Below are positions 20,044 through 30,714 of a stretch of DNA of 64,000 bases, piece after piece (the first letter of the stretch is position 1; each line of letters starts with the position of its first letter). A program made the position numbers and the translations under genes. Below the pieces are notes generated by a model. That model did not search any database, was not told where the DNA came from, and saw only the letters and a list, made by a program, of their open reading frames with translations. Source of the stretch: Ilumatobacteraceae bacterium (GTDB lineage: Bacteria; Actinomycetota; Acidimicrobiia; Acidimicrobiales; Ilumatobacteraceae); the NCBI GenBank assembly GCA_963816635.1, contig CAWFLK010000021.1:154443-218442 (forward strand), written 5' to 3'.

Positions 20044-20935
20044 CGGGGGCCGGCCGCCGTCGTCATGCGGGCAGCGCGGGTCGACCGGCATCGTCGCCCA
20101 GGTGTCGCGCACCCAGTGGTGGGCCGGGTCGTCGCAGAACGCCATCGAGCGCTCCTCGCCGGGGCCGGCCATCACGTTGAGGTAGTACAGCGGGTAGCCG
20201 GGCGCGGCCACGCACGGCCCGTGGTAGCCGCGGGGGATCACGAACACGTCGCCGTCGGTCACGGCGATGTCGATCTCGACCGGCTCCCATTCGGCCGGAT
20301 CGTCGCCCCGCGTGTACGTGCGGTGCATGGCGAAACCCTCCGGCGCGTAGTCGGTGCCGGAGGTCCGCCCGACGCGGAAGTAGTAGATCTCCTCGTTGTT
20401 CGCCGGGCACTCGGGGCTGTCGTCGTGCTTGTGCGGCGGGTAGCTCGACCAGTTGCCGTCGGGCGTGAGCACCTCGACGGAGATCAGCTTGTCGGCGCCG
20501 TCGAACGCCTCCGGCGACATGAAGTTGTTCACCTGGCGGGTCGACGGACCGGCACCGCGCAGCTCGACGCGCACGTCGCCGGCGGCCACGTAGGCCGGGT
20601 CGAAGCGCCGCTGCGCCCGGGCCGACGCCAGCGCCAGCACCGCACCGTCTCGGCTGGCCAGGCGCACCTCGGCGTCGATCGGCAGGTAGCACCAGTCGGT
20701 GACCCGGGCGAACACCGACGACCGCCCGACGAGGTCGAAGTGCCGCCCCTCGACGTCGACCGTGCTCGCCGCCCCGGCGAGCGGGCACGACGGCCAACTC
20801 CTCCGAGCCGGTGGCCAGCTCGAGCTCGGCGCCGGCGGCCAGCGAGACGATCCGCAGCCCGCAGTAGGTCCATCCGACCTGTTCCGGCGTGACCGAGTGC
20901 ACCGGCCCCAGGTGCCACGGATGGGTGGCAGCCAT
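20040..20935 (-). CDS. iolB: 5-deoxy-glucuronate isomerase, apparent frameshift near 20785
   Basis: MAATHPWHLGPVHSVTPEQVGWTYCGLRIVSLAAG... lies in one frame and ...VFARVTDWCYLPID ... NWSSYPPHKHD ... YYLNVMAGP ... DPAHHW in another. Both are collinear with IolB. One extra C at GTGCCCGCTCGCC separates the frames. Confidence 0.8.
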
Positions 20936-22793
20936 CAGGGCGTCGCGCCCCGCCTCGACACCGCCGTCCGCACGATGTCGGCGGCGCGCGCCACGGCGCC
21001 CTCCACGTCGCCGTCGGCCGGGTAGAGCAACGACCGGCCGACCACGAGCCCGCGCACCGACGGCATCGCCAGCGCCCGCTCCCACGATGCGAACGATGCC
21101 TCGGGGTCGGGCCCGGGGGCGCCGCCGAGGATCAGCAGCGGCTGGGTGGTCATCGCCGCGACCTCGTCGACGTTCGCCGTCGCCTGGATCTTGAGCCACG
21201 TGTACGCCGACGAGTGCGCCGAGCGCGGCGCACACGCCGACGGCCTTCAAGAGGGCGTCGGGATCGTCGTCCCACACCGCCTTGCCCGACGCGTCCTTGG
21301 TGTACGGGATCGGCTCGACCATGGCCAGCATGCGCCGGTCGTTGAGCTCGCCCACCGCGGCGGCGCACGCGGCGAGGGTCGGCACGGTGCCGGCGTCGCT
21401 CGGGTCGATCCGCAGCAGCATCTTGCCGGCGTCGAGGCCGGTGGCGACGAGGTGGTCGGCGTCGTAGGCGGTGAACCGGTCGTCCAGCTCCCATGCCGCG
21501 CCGGCGAGGCCGCCGCGGTTCATCGTCCCCACCGCCACCCGCTCGTCGAGGGCGCCGAGCAGCACGAGGTCCTCGAGGATGTCGGCGCTCGCCAGCACCC
21601 CGTCGACGCGCGGGTTGGCGAGGGCCAGCAACAGACGGTCGAGCATCGTGCGGCGGTCGATCATCGCCCGCGGCTGGCCGCCGACACCGATCATCGCCCG
21701 CGCCGTGTGGTCGGCGGCGACGATGAACAGATGGCCGTCGGGCGCCACGGTCGACCGGCGCGGCCGCCGCGCCAACGCCTCGGCGATCGTGGCCGGCTGG
21801 CGGACGCGGGCGTCGATCAGGCCCTGGTACTGCTCGTCGGTGAGCGTCGGTCACGAACGTCGGTGTCCTCATCAAGCCGAGCACCTCGGCATCGGTCGGC
21901 ATGGCGTCCGCGCACAGTAGACGGCCGGCCACGATCGCTCCAGCCGCGTTGGCGTACTCGACGGTGCGCTGCGGCTCCCACCCGGCGAGCAGCCCGTGCA
22001 CGAGCGCCCCGCCGAATGCGTCACCGGCGCCGAGGCCGCACACCACCTCCACCCGGCGGGCGGCGACGGTGCTGCGGCCGTCGGGGGTGGCGACGAGCAC
22101 CCCGGCGGCGCCGAGCTTGACGATCGCCACCTCCGCGCCACGCGCCAGCAGCTCGTCCGCAGCCGCGTCGGGGTCGTCGGTGCCCACGGCGACCCGGCAT
22201 TCGGCCCGGTTGCCGACGGCCACGGTTGCCGCCCCGACCGCCGCCCCGATGACCCGAGCCGCGGTCGCCTCGTCCGGCCAGAGCGGGGCGCGGTAGTCGA
22301 GGTCGAGCACGGTGTGACGCCGCCGGGCGCGCGTGGCGAGCGCCGTCGTGACCGCCGTGCGTGCCGGCTCCTCCGCCATCGCCGACCCGGCGACCCACAG
22401 CACCGGGACCTCCGTGAGCGTGACGTCGTCGACCTCGCCCACCGCGAGCTGCATGTCCGGCGCGTGCGGCTGGCGGTAGAACAGCAGCTCCGGATCCTCC
22501 GGCGGCGTCATCGCGGCGAACGCCAGCGGCGTGCGCAGGACCGGGTCACGACCAACGAACGAGGTGTCGACGCCGAACGCGGTCAGCTTGGCGACGACGT
22601 AGTCGCCGAACGGGTCGGCGCCCACCTTGGTCCACACCGCGCTGGGGTGGCCGAGCCGCGCCGCCGCCACGGCCACGTTGGTCGCCGTGCCGCCGATCGA
22701 CTTCTCGAAGCGCTGCGGATCGGTGAAGGCGGCGCCGGGTGCGTCGGCGTAGAGGTCGACCGAGATCCTTCCGACCGTCAGTAGCTGGAGCAT
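20933..22793 (-). CDS. iolC: 5-dehydro-2-deoxygluconokinase fused to a DUF2090 domain (putative 5-dehydro-2-deoxyphosphogluconate aldolase), with at least two apparent frameshifts
   Basis: The N-terminus is PfkB kinase (MLQLLTVGRISVDLYAD ... GAGDAFGGALVHGLLAG). The protein then switches frame at ...TFVTDA|LTDEQYQGLIDARVRQP into the DUF2090 region (HLFIVAADHTARAMIGV ... MLAMVEPIPYTKD). The C-terminus is in a third frame (RGLVVGRSLLYPADGDVEGAV). The stop overlaps the iolB ATG (TGATG). Confidence 0.7.
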
Positions 22794-22816
22794 CTCACCG
22801 AACGTGCGCCGTGCTA

Positions 22817-23664
22817 CTAGGTCACGTCTTCGGGGCGGGCGACCGATTCGATCTCGTGCGCCAGCGCCTCCAACTCCGCCCCGCCGGCCATCAGCTGGAT
22901 CAACTCTTCGCGGCTGATCTCGCTCTTGGCGTAGTTGCCGAGGCTCTGGCCGCGCTTCAGGATCAGGAAGCGCTCACCGACCGGGTAGGCGTGGTGCGGG
23001 TTGTGGGTGATGAAGACCACGCCGAGTCCGCGGTCGCGAGCGGCGACGATGTACCGCAGCACGACGCCCGACTGGCGCACACCGAGCGCCGCCGTCGGCT
23101 CGTCGAGGATCAGCACCTTGGCGCCGAAGTAGACGGCGCGGGCGATGGCGACGCACTGGCGCTCGCCGCCCGACAAGCGTGCCCACCGGCTGGTCGGGGT
23201 CGCGCACGTCGATGCCCATCTTGGCCATCTCCTCGACGGCGACGCGCTTGGCCTTCGGGATGTCGATCGCGCCGAGGGCCGCGGGTGGGCTCGGAGCCGA
23301 GGAAGAAGTTGCGCCAGATCGACATCAGCGGCGCCATCGCCAGGTCCTGGTAGACGGTCGCGATGCCGGCGGCCTTGGCGTCGCGCGGGGAGTGGAAGTG
23401 GACGTCGCGGCCCTCCATGAGGAAGTTGCCGCTGTCGTGCGGGTGCACCCCGGCCAGGATCTTGATGAACGTCGACTTGCCGGCGCCGTTGTCGCCGAGC
23501 ACGCACGTGACCTCGTTGGCGTGCACGCTGGTCGTGATGTTCTGCAGGGCGAGCACGTTGCCGAACGACTTCGACACGCGCTGCAGTTCGATCAGGGCGT
23601 GGCCACTCGCCTCGAACGTGTCGCGTCCCGCCGGCTGGCGTTCTCCGGCCTCGATCAGGGTCAT
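22817..23664 (-). CDS. sugar ABC transporter ATP-binding protein (single NBD), two apparent frameshifts
   Basis: Walker A ([16 protein letters not shown]) lies in ORF 23110..23688. The Q-loop and signature region ([24 protein letters not shown]) lie in the frame of ORF 22974..23228. Walker B and the H-loop ([10 protein letters not shown] ... FITHNP) lie in ORF 22817..24547. Confidence 0.75.
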
Positions 23665-24777
23665 GTCGGTGCTCCCTTCGACGGCCACGGCGCGGCGTGC
23701 CCGGCGGCGCCGGTGGCCGGGCCGGTCGCGACGCGGTGCGCGCCCAGCGCCGGATCGCCTCGTTGGAGAACGCGGCGACCAGCAGGATCACGCCGAGGAA
23801 CAGGTAGTACAGGTTGTTGTCCCAGCCGGCGAGGGGGATGCCGCTCTGGGTCATGCCGAGGATGAGGCAGCCGAGGGCGGCGCCGACCACCGATCCGAAG
23901 CCGCCGGTGAGCAGGCAGCCGCCGAGCACGGCGGCGATGATGAAGTAGAACTCCTGGCCGACGCCCTCGATCACGTTGGAGCGGCTGGTCTGGAAGAGCA
24001 CCACCATGCCGTGCACCCAGCCGCACACGGCGACGGTGATGAACAGCCCGATCTTGGTGGCGTTGGCCGGCACGCCGACCATCCGCGCCGCCTCCTTGTT
24101 GCCGCCGACGGCGAAGATCCAGTTGCCCACCTTGCTGCGCGACAGCACCCACGCACCGATGATCGTCATGACGACGAACCACAGGATCGCCACGCTGAAC
24201 CCGGCCCGTCCGATGTGGAACATGTTCGCGGCGAACACCTTGCGGCCGAACTCGTAGCCCGGCGCGTCCTCGATGCCGGTGACCTGGGTCTGGCCGGTGA
24301 CCCGCTGGGTCAGCCACAGGTTGAACCCGCGCAGCGTGAAGAACGTGCCCAGCGTGATGATGAAGCTGGGCAGCCCCGAGCGCACGACCATGAACCCGTT
24401 GAGGAAGCCGATCCCCATGGCGATGATCAGCGACAGCACCAGCGAGACGATCACGTTGAACCCGCTGTGCACGGAGAACAGCGCGCAGAACATCCCGGTC
24501 GTGCCGACCATCACGCCGGTCGAGAGGTCGAACTCGCCACCGATCATCAGCAGGGCGACTCCGAGCGCGCTGAGCCCGTACAGCGCCGACGTCTCGACGT
24601 AGGTCGAGGTGCCGAGCCAGCGACAGCCACACCGTCGCGCGCCTGGCTGGCGAACAGCAGCCAGACGACGATGGCGCCGGCGAGCGCCCCGAACTCGGGG
24701 CGGATGAGCAGCTTGCGCGTCAGCGACGTGCGGGCCAGCCGCTCGTCGCTGGAGGGGGTGGCGGTCGCGGTGGTCAT
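23665..24777 (-). CDS. sugar ABC transporter permease, apparent frameshifts
   Basis: The N-terminus [10 protein letters not shown] ... [20 protein letters not shown] is in ORF 24547..24777. The main body ([13 protein letters not shown] ... [17 protein letters not shown] ...) is in a second frame. Confidence 0.65.
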
Positions 24778-24866
24778 CGGAACCTCGCCTGCTCAGGCGG
24801 CGGCTGCCGGGGCGACCTCGCGGTCGCCGCCGGCGGCCATCCGTCGTGTCGGTGATGGGCGTGTCG

Positions 24867-25866
24867 TCAGCGGGAACCCTGGCCGGTCAGGTCGAGGACC
24901 TGTTGGGCGTTGTCGGCCGTGACGAAGCCGGGCCCGGTGAGCACCGGCTGGCCGCCACCCACCGTGTTGAGGTTGTTGTGGTACAGGGTGAGGAACACGA
25001 TCGGCAGGTACCCCTGGAGGTACTGCTGCTGATCGACGGCGAACAGCATGTTGCCGTCGATGATCGCCTGGATCACGTCCTGGCTGAGGTCGAACGTGCC
25101 GATGAGGATGTCGCCGGTCTTGCCGACCTCGTCGATCGCGGCCAGCGCCGGCGAGGCACCGGTGGGGCCGAGGGCGAGCACGGCGTCGATGGTGTCGTCG
25201 GACTGCAGCGCCGACGCTGATGGTGCTCTGCGCACCGGCGGCGTCGTTGAGGTCGACCTGGACCACGTCGAGCGTGCCTCCGGCCGCTTCGATCGACGTC
25301 TTGGCGCCGGCACAACGGGCGTCGAGGCCGGCGTTGCCGACCTCCTGGTTGATGCACATCACGTGGGTCGCCCCGGCGTCGGCGAGGTGCTGGCCGGCGG
25401 CCTCGCCGGCGATCGTCTCGTCCTGGCCGACGTGGGTGATCGCGCCGATCTCCTGGTACACGTCGGAACCGGAGTTGACCGTGATGATCGGGATGCCGGC
25501 GTCGTGGGCGGCGGCGAGCGAGTCCTTGAGGGCGTCGTAGTCGGGGACCGACACGACGAGACCGGTCGGGTTCTTGGCGACCGCGGCGTCGATGAGCTGT
25601 GACATCGCGACCATGTCGAAGGTGGCCGGCGCCGAGTAGTTGACGCTCACACCCATCTGCGCCGCGGCGTCGTCGACACCACGCTTGAACACCGACCAGA
25701 ACGGGTCCGAGGCCTGGCCGTGGGTGACGACCTCGATGTTGATGTCGCCGTTGGACGGCGGCGCCGATGCGGCTCGGCCACCTGCCGAGGCGGTGCTGTA
25801 GGCGGTGGCGCTGGCGCCGACGAGCGCGACGGCGGCGAGCACTCCATAACGGAGCCTGCGTGACAT
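24867..25866 (-). CDS. periplasmic sugar-binding protein of the ABC transporter (probable inositol-binding), apparent frameshift near 25215
   Basis: The protein has a signal peptide ([22 protein letters not shown]) and a periplasmic binding fold ([16 protein letters not shown] ... ITVNSG). The C-terminal 110 aa are in the frame of ORF 24867..25313. One extra G at GTCGGCGCT separates the frames. Confidence 0.75.
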
Positions 25867-26020
25867 GTGTCCCCCTGGGGTGGTGCGGATTGGACGCGAA
25901 GCCGGTGGGACCGGCAGCCAGGCGACGGTAGCACCCCGGCGCGCCGGCCCTTTCCGATGGTCGTCCCGGCGTGACCGGAGGGCACCACATGGACCGTACG
26001 GTCCAGCTGGTGCCCTCCGG

Positions 26021-26914
26021 TTACGGGATCGACAGCGTCTGGAGGTACTCGATGCTGGCGCGGGCGTCGTCGACCGGACCGGTGCCGGGACGAGGTGCAG
26101 TGTCGCCGAGGTCGGTGTCCTGCTCGAGCACGTACCAGCCGGTGTAGCCGGCGCGTTCGAGGGCGACGACGGTGTCGCCGACCGGCACGTCGCCGCGGCC
26201 GAGCGGGCAGAACAGCCCCTCGAGCACGCCGTCGCGCAGCGTCGTGCGGCCGCTGTTGACCTCGCGGGCGACGCCTTCGCGCACGTCCTTGAGGTGCGCA
26301 TGGACCACGCGCTCGGCCGCCTCGCGTGCGAACGTCACCGGGTCGTAGCCGCCGATGAACAGGTGACCGGTGTCGAGGCACCAACGCACGTCGGACGAGT
26401 CGAGCACGCGCTTGCAGTCGTCGGCGGTCTCGACCAGCGTGCCGACGTGAGGATGCAGCGCCTGGCGGAGGCCGTACTCGTGGCACAGCTCGTCGAGCTC
26501 TTCGAGCATCCCGAACAGGTGGTCCCACTCGGCGAGCGAGAGGGTGCGCCGCGGCGCCCACCCCGCGTCGAGGACCACGGCGGTGACGAACATCGTGGCC
26601 CGCGCGGCGGCGAAGCGCCGGGCCACGGTGCGCGCCTCGGCGAGTGTGGCCTCGCGTGCCCCGCGGTCGTGGAGCACGAGGGGCACGAACCCGCCGATGA
26701 GGGTCATCCCCGTGTCGGCCAACGCCGCGATCAGCTCCTGATCGCCGTCGGGTAGGAACCCGGGCGCGCCGAGCTCGGTGGCGGTGATGCCGAGGCCGTG
26801 CATCTCGTCGAGCACGCGGCTGGCCGGCAGCATCACGCCCCAGCCCGGTACCTCGCACACGCCCCACGAGATCGGGGCCCCGCCGAGTCGTTCCGTCGCG
26901 ATCACGACGAGCAC
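26021..26914 (-). CDS. iolE: sugar phosphate isomerase/epimerase, xylose-isomerase-like TIM barrel (inosose dehydratase IolE or IolI-like)
   Basis: The 297-aa protein reads ...CLDTGHLFIGGYDPV ... VHAHLKDV... and is typical of the AP-endonuclease 2 / IolE family. It lies just upstream of the iol transporter genes. Confidence 0.65.
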   Translation of the reverse strand: MLVVIATERLGGAPISWGVCEVPGWGVMLPASRVLDEMHGLGITATELGAPGFLPDGDQELIAALADTGMTLIGGFVPLVLHDRGAREATLAEARTVARRFAAARATMFVTAVVLDAGWAPRRTLSLAEWDHLFGMLEELDELCHEYGLRQALHPHVGTLVETADDCKRVLDSSDVRWCLDTGHLFIGGYDPVTFAREAAERVVHAHLKDVREGVAREVNSGRTTLRDGVLEGLFCPLGRGDVPVGDTVVALERAGYTGWYVLEQDTDLGDTAPRPGTGPVDDARASIEYLQTLSIP

Positions 26915-26989
26915 GCTAGCGAGGGCCCGCGGGCCGGACTCCCGCCGCCGAACGATCGCGGCGCGACGCTCGCCCGAGTGCTACGAAGG

Positions 26990-27179
26990 CACTCGCACCC
27001 AGCACGCGTGGGTAGAGGGAGCCGCCGCCCTGCTGACGCCGGTGGCGACTCCGGTGAACCTGATGATCATGCGCCCGGCCGGCTACCGCTTCGGCGACTA
27101 CTGGAAGCTGGGCCTGCCGCTGCTCGGCCTCTACTTCGTCGTCGCCGTGTTCCTCGTGCCGGCCATCTGGTCGTTCTAG
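26990..27179 (+). pseudogene. C-terminal remnant of an anion permease (DASS/ArsB-NhaD-like)
   Basis: Only the last roughly 55 codons are present (LLTPVATPVNLMIMRPAGYRFGDYWKLGLPLLGLYFVVAVFLVPAIWSF*). The upstream region is occupied by iolE on the opposite strand, so the gene body is missing. Confidence 0.4.
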
Positions 27180-27238
27180 GACGTGGGCCGCGTGCCAACC
27201 TGGCCCCACCCGGCAACCCGGCGGCGAAGAGGAGAGCG

Positions 27239-27907
27239 ATGAACGACGTGCTGGTGGGTCTGGCGGCGATCGCGGTCGGCGGGTTGTTCTGCTGGCGCGG
27301 GTACGTCGCCATGCGCCTGATCATCCCGATCTGGGGCGCCTTCGCCGGGTTCATGCTCGGCGCCGGCATCGTCGCGGGCGTCGAGGACGCCGGCTTCCTG
27401 CGCACCACCGCGTCGTGGGTGGTGGGCCTGCTGTTCGCCGTGGTCTTCGGTGCCCTCGCCTATCTGTACTTCGAGGTGTCGATCGCGCTGGCGATGGCGA
27501 CGGTCGGCTTCGCCCTCGGCGCCAGCGTGATGGCGGCGCTCGGCGTCGAGTGGTCCTGGCTCGTCGTGTCGGTCGGCGTGGTCGTCGGCGCCCTGCTCGC
27601 CTGGCTGGCGATCGTCGCCGACCTGCCGGCGGTGCTGCTGGTGGGACTGACGGCGTTCGGCGGGGCGAGCGTGATCGTCTTCGGCGTGATGCTGCTCGTC
27701 GACACGGTCAACACCTCGGACCTCGAGTCGTCGCAGACCACCGAGCACATCGCCGACGACTGGTGGTGGTACGCCATCTACTTCGTCCTCGCGATCGTCG
27801 GCACGGTGGTGCAGGTCCGCCACCTCGCCAGCCTGCGCCAGTCCGCCCGCCAGCAGTGGGCGACGAGCACGAGCATCGCCGGCACGACGGCCCCGCCGGT
27901 GCGATGA
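27239..27907 (+). CDS. hypothetical polytopic membrane protein
   Basis: The 222-aa protein has six or more hydrophobic helices and a GAGGAGAG RBS 7 nt upstream of the ATG. The family is not recognised with confidence. Confidence 0.5.
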   Translation: MNDVLVGLAAIAVGGLFCWRGYVAMRLIIPIWGAFAGFMLGAGIVAGVEDAGFLRTTASWVVGLLFAVVFGALAYLYFEVSIALAMATVGFALGASVMAALGVEWSWLVVSVGVVVGALLAWLAIVADLPAVLLVGLTAFGGASVIVFGVMLLVDTVNTSDLESSQTTEHIADDWWWYAIYFVLAIVGTVVQVRHLASLRQSARQQWATSTSIAGTTAPPVR

Positions 27908-27997
27908 AGCCCGCTCGAGCCGCCGCGGGTCGTCGATGAGCCGATACGCGTGTCGGCGCACCGCCGGGCGCGAGAATGCGCGGCGAGAGGAGGCTCG

Positions 27998-28372
27998 ACG
28001 GTGATCGCGGAGTTCGGTACCGGTCAGGTGCTGTGGTCGCTCCTGTGGTTCTTCCTGTTCCTCATCTGGGTGATGCTCGTGTTCCGCGTCTTCGGCGAAC
28101 TGCTGCGCAACGACGAGATGAGCGGCACGGCGAAGATGCTGTGGACCGTCGCCGTCGTCACCCTGCCGTACATCGGCGCGTTCGCGTATCTCGCCGTGCA
28201 CGGCGGTCGGCACGAAGCGTCGACGCCGGCGACGACCGCCGCGCCGTCGGCGGCGTTCCCGATCGGGCCGGTCAGCGCCGTCGACGAGCTCGAGCGGCTG
28301 GCGCGCCTGCACACCGACGGCAAGATCGACGACGACGAGTACACCCGGCTGAAGGCGCGGGTGATCGGGTGA
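27998..28372 (+). CDS. small membrane protein with PLDc_N-like TM domain and C-terminal SHOCT motif
   Basis: VLWSLLWFFLFLIWVMLVFRVFGELLRNDEMSGTAKMLWTVAVVTLPYIGAFAYL is the cardiolipin-synthase N-terminal-like TM pair. DELERLARLHTDGKIDDDEYTRLKARVIG is SHOCT. The stop overlaps the mscS GTG (GTGA). Confidence 0.55.
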   Translation, partial: TVIAEFGTGQVLWSLLWFFLFLIWVMLVFRVFGELLRNDEMSGTAKMLWTVAVVTLPYIGAFAYLAVHGGRHEASTPATTAAPSAAFPIGPVSAVDELERLARLHTDGKIDDDEYTRLKARVIG

Positions 28373-29274
28373 TCGTGCCGACGTCCTCCCCGATCACCGG
28401 AGCTGCGGCGATCAACTCGTTCGACGGCTGGCTGCGCAACCACCTCCTGCCGGCGCTGATCCTCGTGGTCGGCTCGGTGCTCCTCGTGCGCCTGATCCAC
28501 TGGGGTGCGCACCTCTGGGAGGCCGACGTCGACCGGCGCATCCACGAGGCCGTCGATCGTGACGACGTCGCTTCGGAGCAGCTCAAGCGGACGCGGGCGA
28601 TGGTGCAGGCGACGAGCTGGGCGCTCACGGCACTGGTGGTCGTCGTCGTTGCCTCGCTCAGCATCACGGTCCTCGGCATCCCCCTGACGACGTTGATCGC
28701 ACCGGCCACGGTGGCCGGCGTCGCCGTCGGGTTCGGTGCCCAGCAGGTGGTCGGCGACCTCCTAGCCGGGTTCTTCCTGCTCGCCGAGCACCAGTTCGGC
28801 TACGGCGACGTGATCCGCTACGGCCCGCCCGGCGAGGAGGGCGGCGTCCGCGGGACCGTGGAGGAGATGACGCTGCGAGTGACCAAGCTGCGCACCGTGC
28901 AGGGCGAGCTGGTCATCATCCCGAACGGCTCGCTGCGCCAGGTGACCAACCTCTCCAAGGAGTGGTCGCGTGCGGTCGTCGACCTGCCGATCGCCACCAA
29001 CGCCGACATCGAGCGAGCGACCGCCGTGCTGCGCGAGGCGGCGGACGAGATGGCCGGCGACGAGCGGTGGTCGACGCTGTTGCTCGGGGCGATCACCGTG
29101 TCGGGCATCGAGAGCTTCGAACGGGGCTTCGTGCGCGTCCGGGTGACGGCTCGAACGCTGCCCGGGCGCCAGTTCGAGGTGGCACGCGAACTGCGGTTCC
29201 GGCTGGGGCGGGCGCTCAACGCGGGCGGCATCGCCACCCACACCGCCCTGATGAACGAACCGGCGCCGCCGTGA
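28369..29274 (+). CDS. mscS: mechanosensitive ion channel, MscS family
   Basis: TM helices are followed by ...GVAVGFGAQQVVGDLLAGFFLLAEHQFGYGDVI ... GTVEEMTLRVTKLRTVQGELVIIPNGSL, the MscS beta-domain signature. Confidence 0.8.
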   Translation: MIVPTSSPITGAAAINSFDGWLRNHLLPALILVVGSVLLVRLIHWGAHLWEADVDRRIHEAVDRDDVASEQLKRTRAMVQATSWALTALVVVVVASLSITVLGIPLTTLIAPATVAGVAVGFGAQQVVGDLLAGFFLLAEHQFGYGDVIRYGPPGEEGGVRGTVEEMTLRVTKLRTVQGELVIIPNGSLRQVTNLSKEWSRAVVDLPIATNADIERATAVLREAADEMAGDERWSTLLLGAITVSGIESFERGFVRVRVTARTLPGRQFEVARELRFRLGRALNAGGIATHTALMNEPAPP

Positions 29275-29325
29275 CCCACGGATTCGTGTCGTGGGCGCGC
29301 GGGCCGGTCGCGCGCGCGCCTGCCG

Positions 29326-29556
29326 GTGCGCCGCTCGACGGTGCTGCTCGTCGTGGTGTTCGTCGGGCTGGTCGTCCTCTACTTCTCGGTACGCACCGAG
29401 AAGATCGACTACCGGGGCGAACTGTTCGACGTCACCGAGGAGACCACCGCGTCAGGCCCTCCGGTGCGCCCGCTCGAGGGCTACGCGACGTGGTCGAGCC
29501 AGGGCGCGCAGAGCCCGTCGACGTCGCGGATCTGGATCCGGTCGCGATTGGCGTAG
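29326..29556 (+). CDS. small hypothetical membrane protein (76 aa)
   Basis: The ORF has a GTG start, one TM helix (VLLVVVFVGLVVLYF) and high GC3. It overlaps the convergent moeZ-like 3' end by about 75 bp. Confidence 0.25.
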   Translation: MRRSTVLLVVVFVGLVVLYFSVRTEKIDYRGELFDVTEETTASGPPVRPLEGYATWSSQGAQSPSTSRIWIRSRLA

Positions 29557-30649
29557 GTGACCTCGTTGGCCGGGTCGACCTGCAGCTTGAACGTGCGCAG
29601 CGTCATGTCGGTCGTGTCGATGGCGAGGATCCGCCCGATCAGCGGCTCGCCGATGCCGAGCAGCACCTTGATCGCCTCCAGTGCCTGGATCGAGCCGACG
29701 ATCCCGGGCAGCACGCCCAGCACGCCCGCCTCGGCACAGCTCGGCGCCAGCTCGGCCGGGGGCGGCTCGGGCACCATGTCGCGGTAGGTCGGCCCGACCA
29801 GCGGGTGGAAGACGCTGACCATCCCCTCGAAGCGGAAGATCGAGCCGTGGACCACCGGGATGCCGAGCTTCACGCTGGCGTCGTTCAACAGGTAGCGCGA
29901 GGGGAAGTTGTCGGCCCCGTCGACGATGACGTCGTAGCCGCTGATGATGTCGATGATGTTCTCGGCCGAGAGGCGGGTGTCGTACGTGACGACGTCGACG
30001 TCGGGGTTGAGCGCCACGAGCGTCTTCTTCGCCGAGTCGACCTTGCGATCGCCGATCCGGTCGATGTTGTGGAGGATCTGACGTTGCAGGTTGGAGGCGT
30101 CGACCTCGTCCATGTCGACGATGCCGAGCGTGCCGACGCCGGCCGCGGCGAGGTACAGCGCGGCGGGCGAGCCGAGTCCGCCGGCGCCGAGCAGTAGCAC
30201 CTTCGAGGCGAGCAGCTTGGACTGGCCCTCGACGCCGACCTCGGGCAGCAGCAGGTGGCGCATGTAGCGCACCTTCTGCTCGGGGGTGAGCGTCACCGGC
30301 GTCGTCCAGTCGCGGCCCTCGTCCTTCCAGCGCCCGAAGCCGCCGGCCATCGACACGACGTCGGCGTAGCCGAGCTCCTGCAGCGTGCGGGCGGCGAACG
30401 CCGAGCGGACGCCGGCGGCGCAGTACACGACGACGGGCGCGCCCTTGTCGACGAGGCGGCCCTCGACCTGGGCTTCGAGGTGCCCGCGGGGGATGTGCAC
30501 GGCGCCGGGAAGGGCGCCCTGGTCGTATTCGTCGGGTTCACGGACGTCGAGCACCACGGCGCCGGCGGCGATGCGCTCGGCGGCGTCGGCGGTGCCGACC
30601 TCGGTGATCTCGGCTTTCGCCGCCGACAGGAGATCGCGGAACGTAGCCA
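29483..30649 (-). CDS. rhodanese-ThiF/MoeB fusion (MoeZ-like adenylyltransferase/sulfurtransferase) with rhodanese N-terminal
   Basis: The N-terminal rhodanese domain has the active-site motif (VVVYCAAGVRSAFAART). The ThiF domain follows (KVLLLGAGGLGSPAALYLAAAGVGTLGIVDMDEVDASNLQRQILH). The start is MATFRDLL at 30649. Sequence upstream in the listed ORF is the antisense of the repeat. Confidence 0.8.
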
Positions 30650-30714
30650 TCACCCAAAGCCTACCCATCCGGTCGGGAATCGCTCCCCGCCCCTCCACCG
30701 GCCCGGAGGACGAA

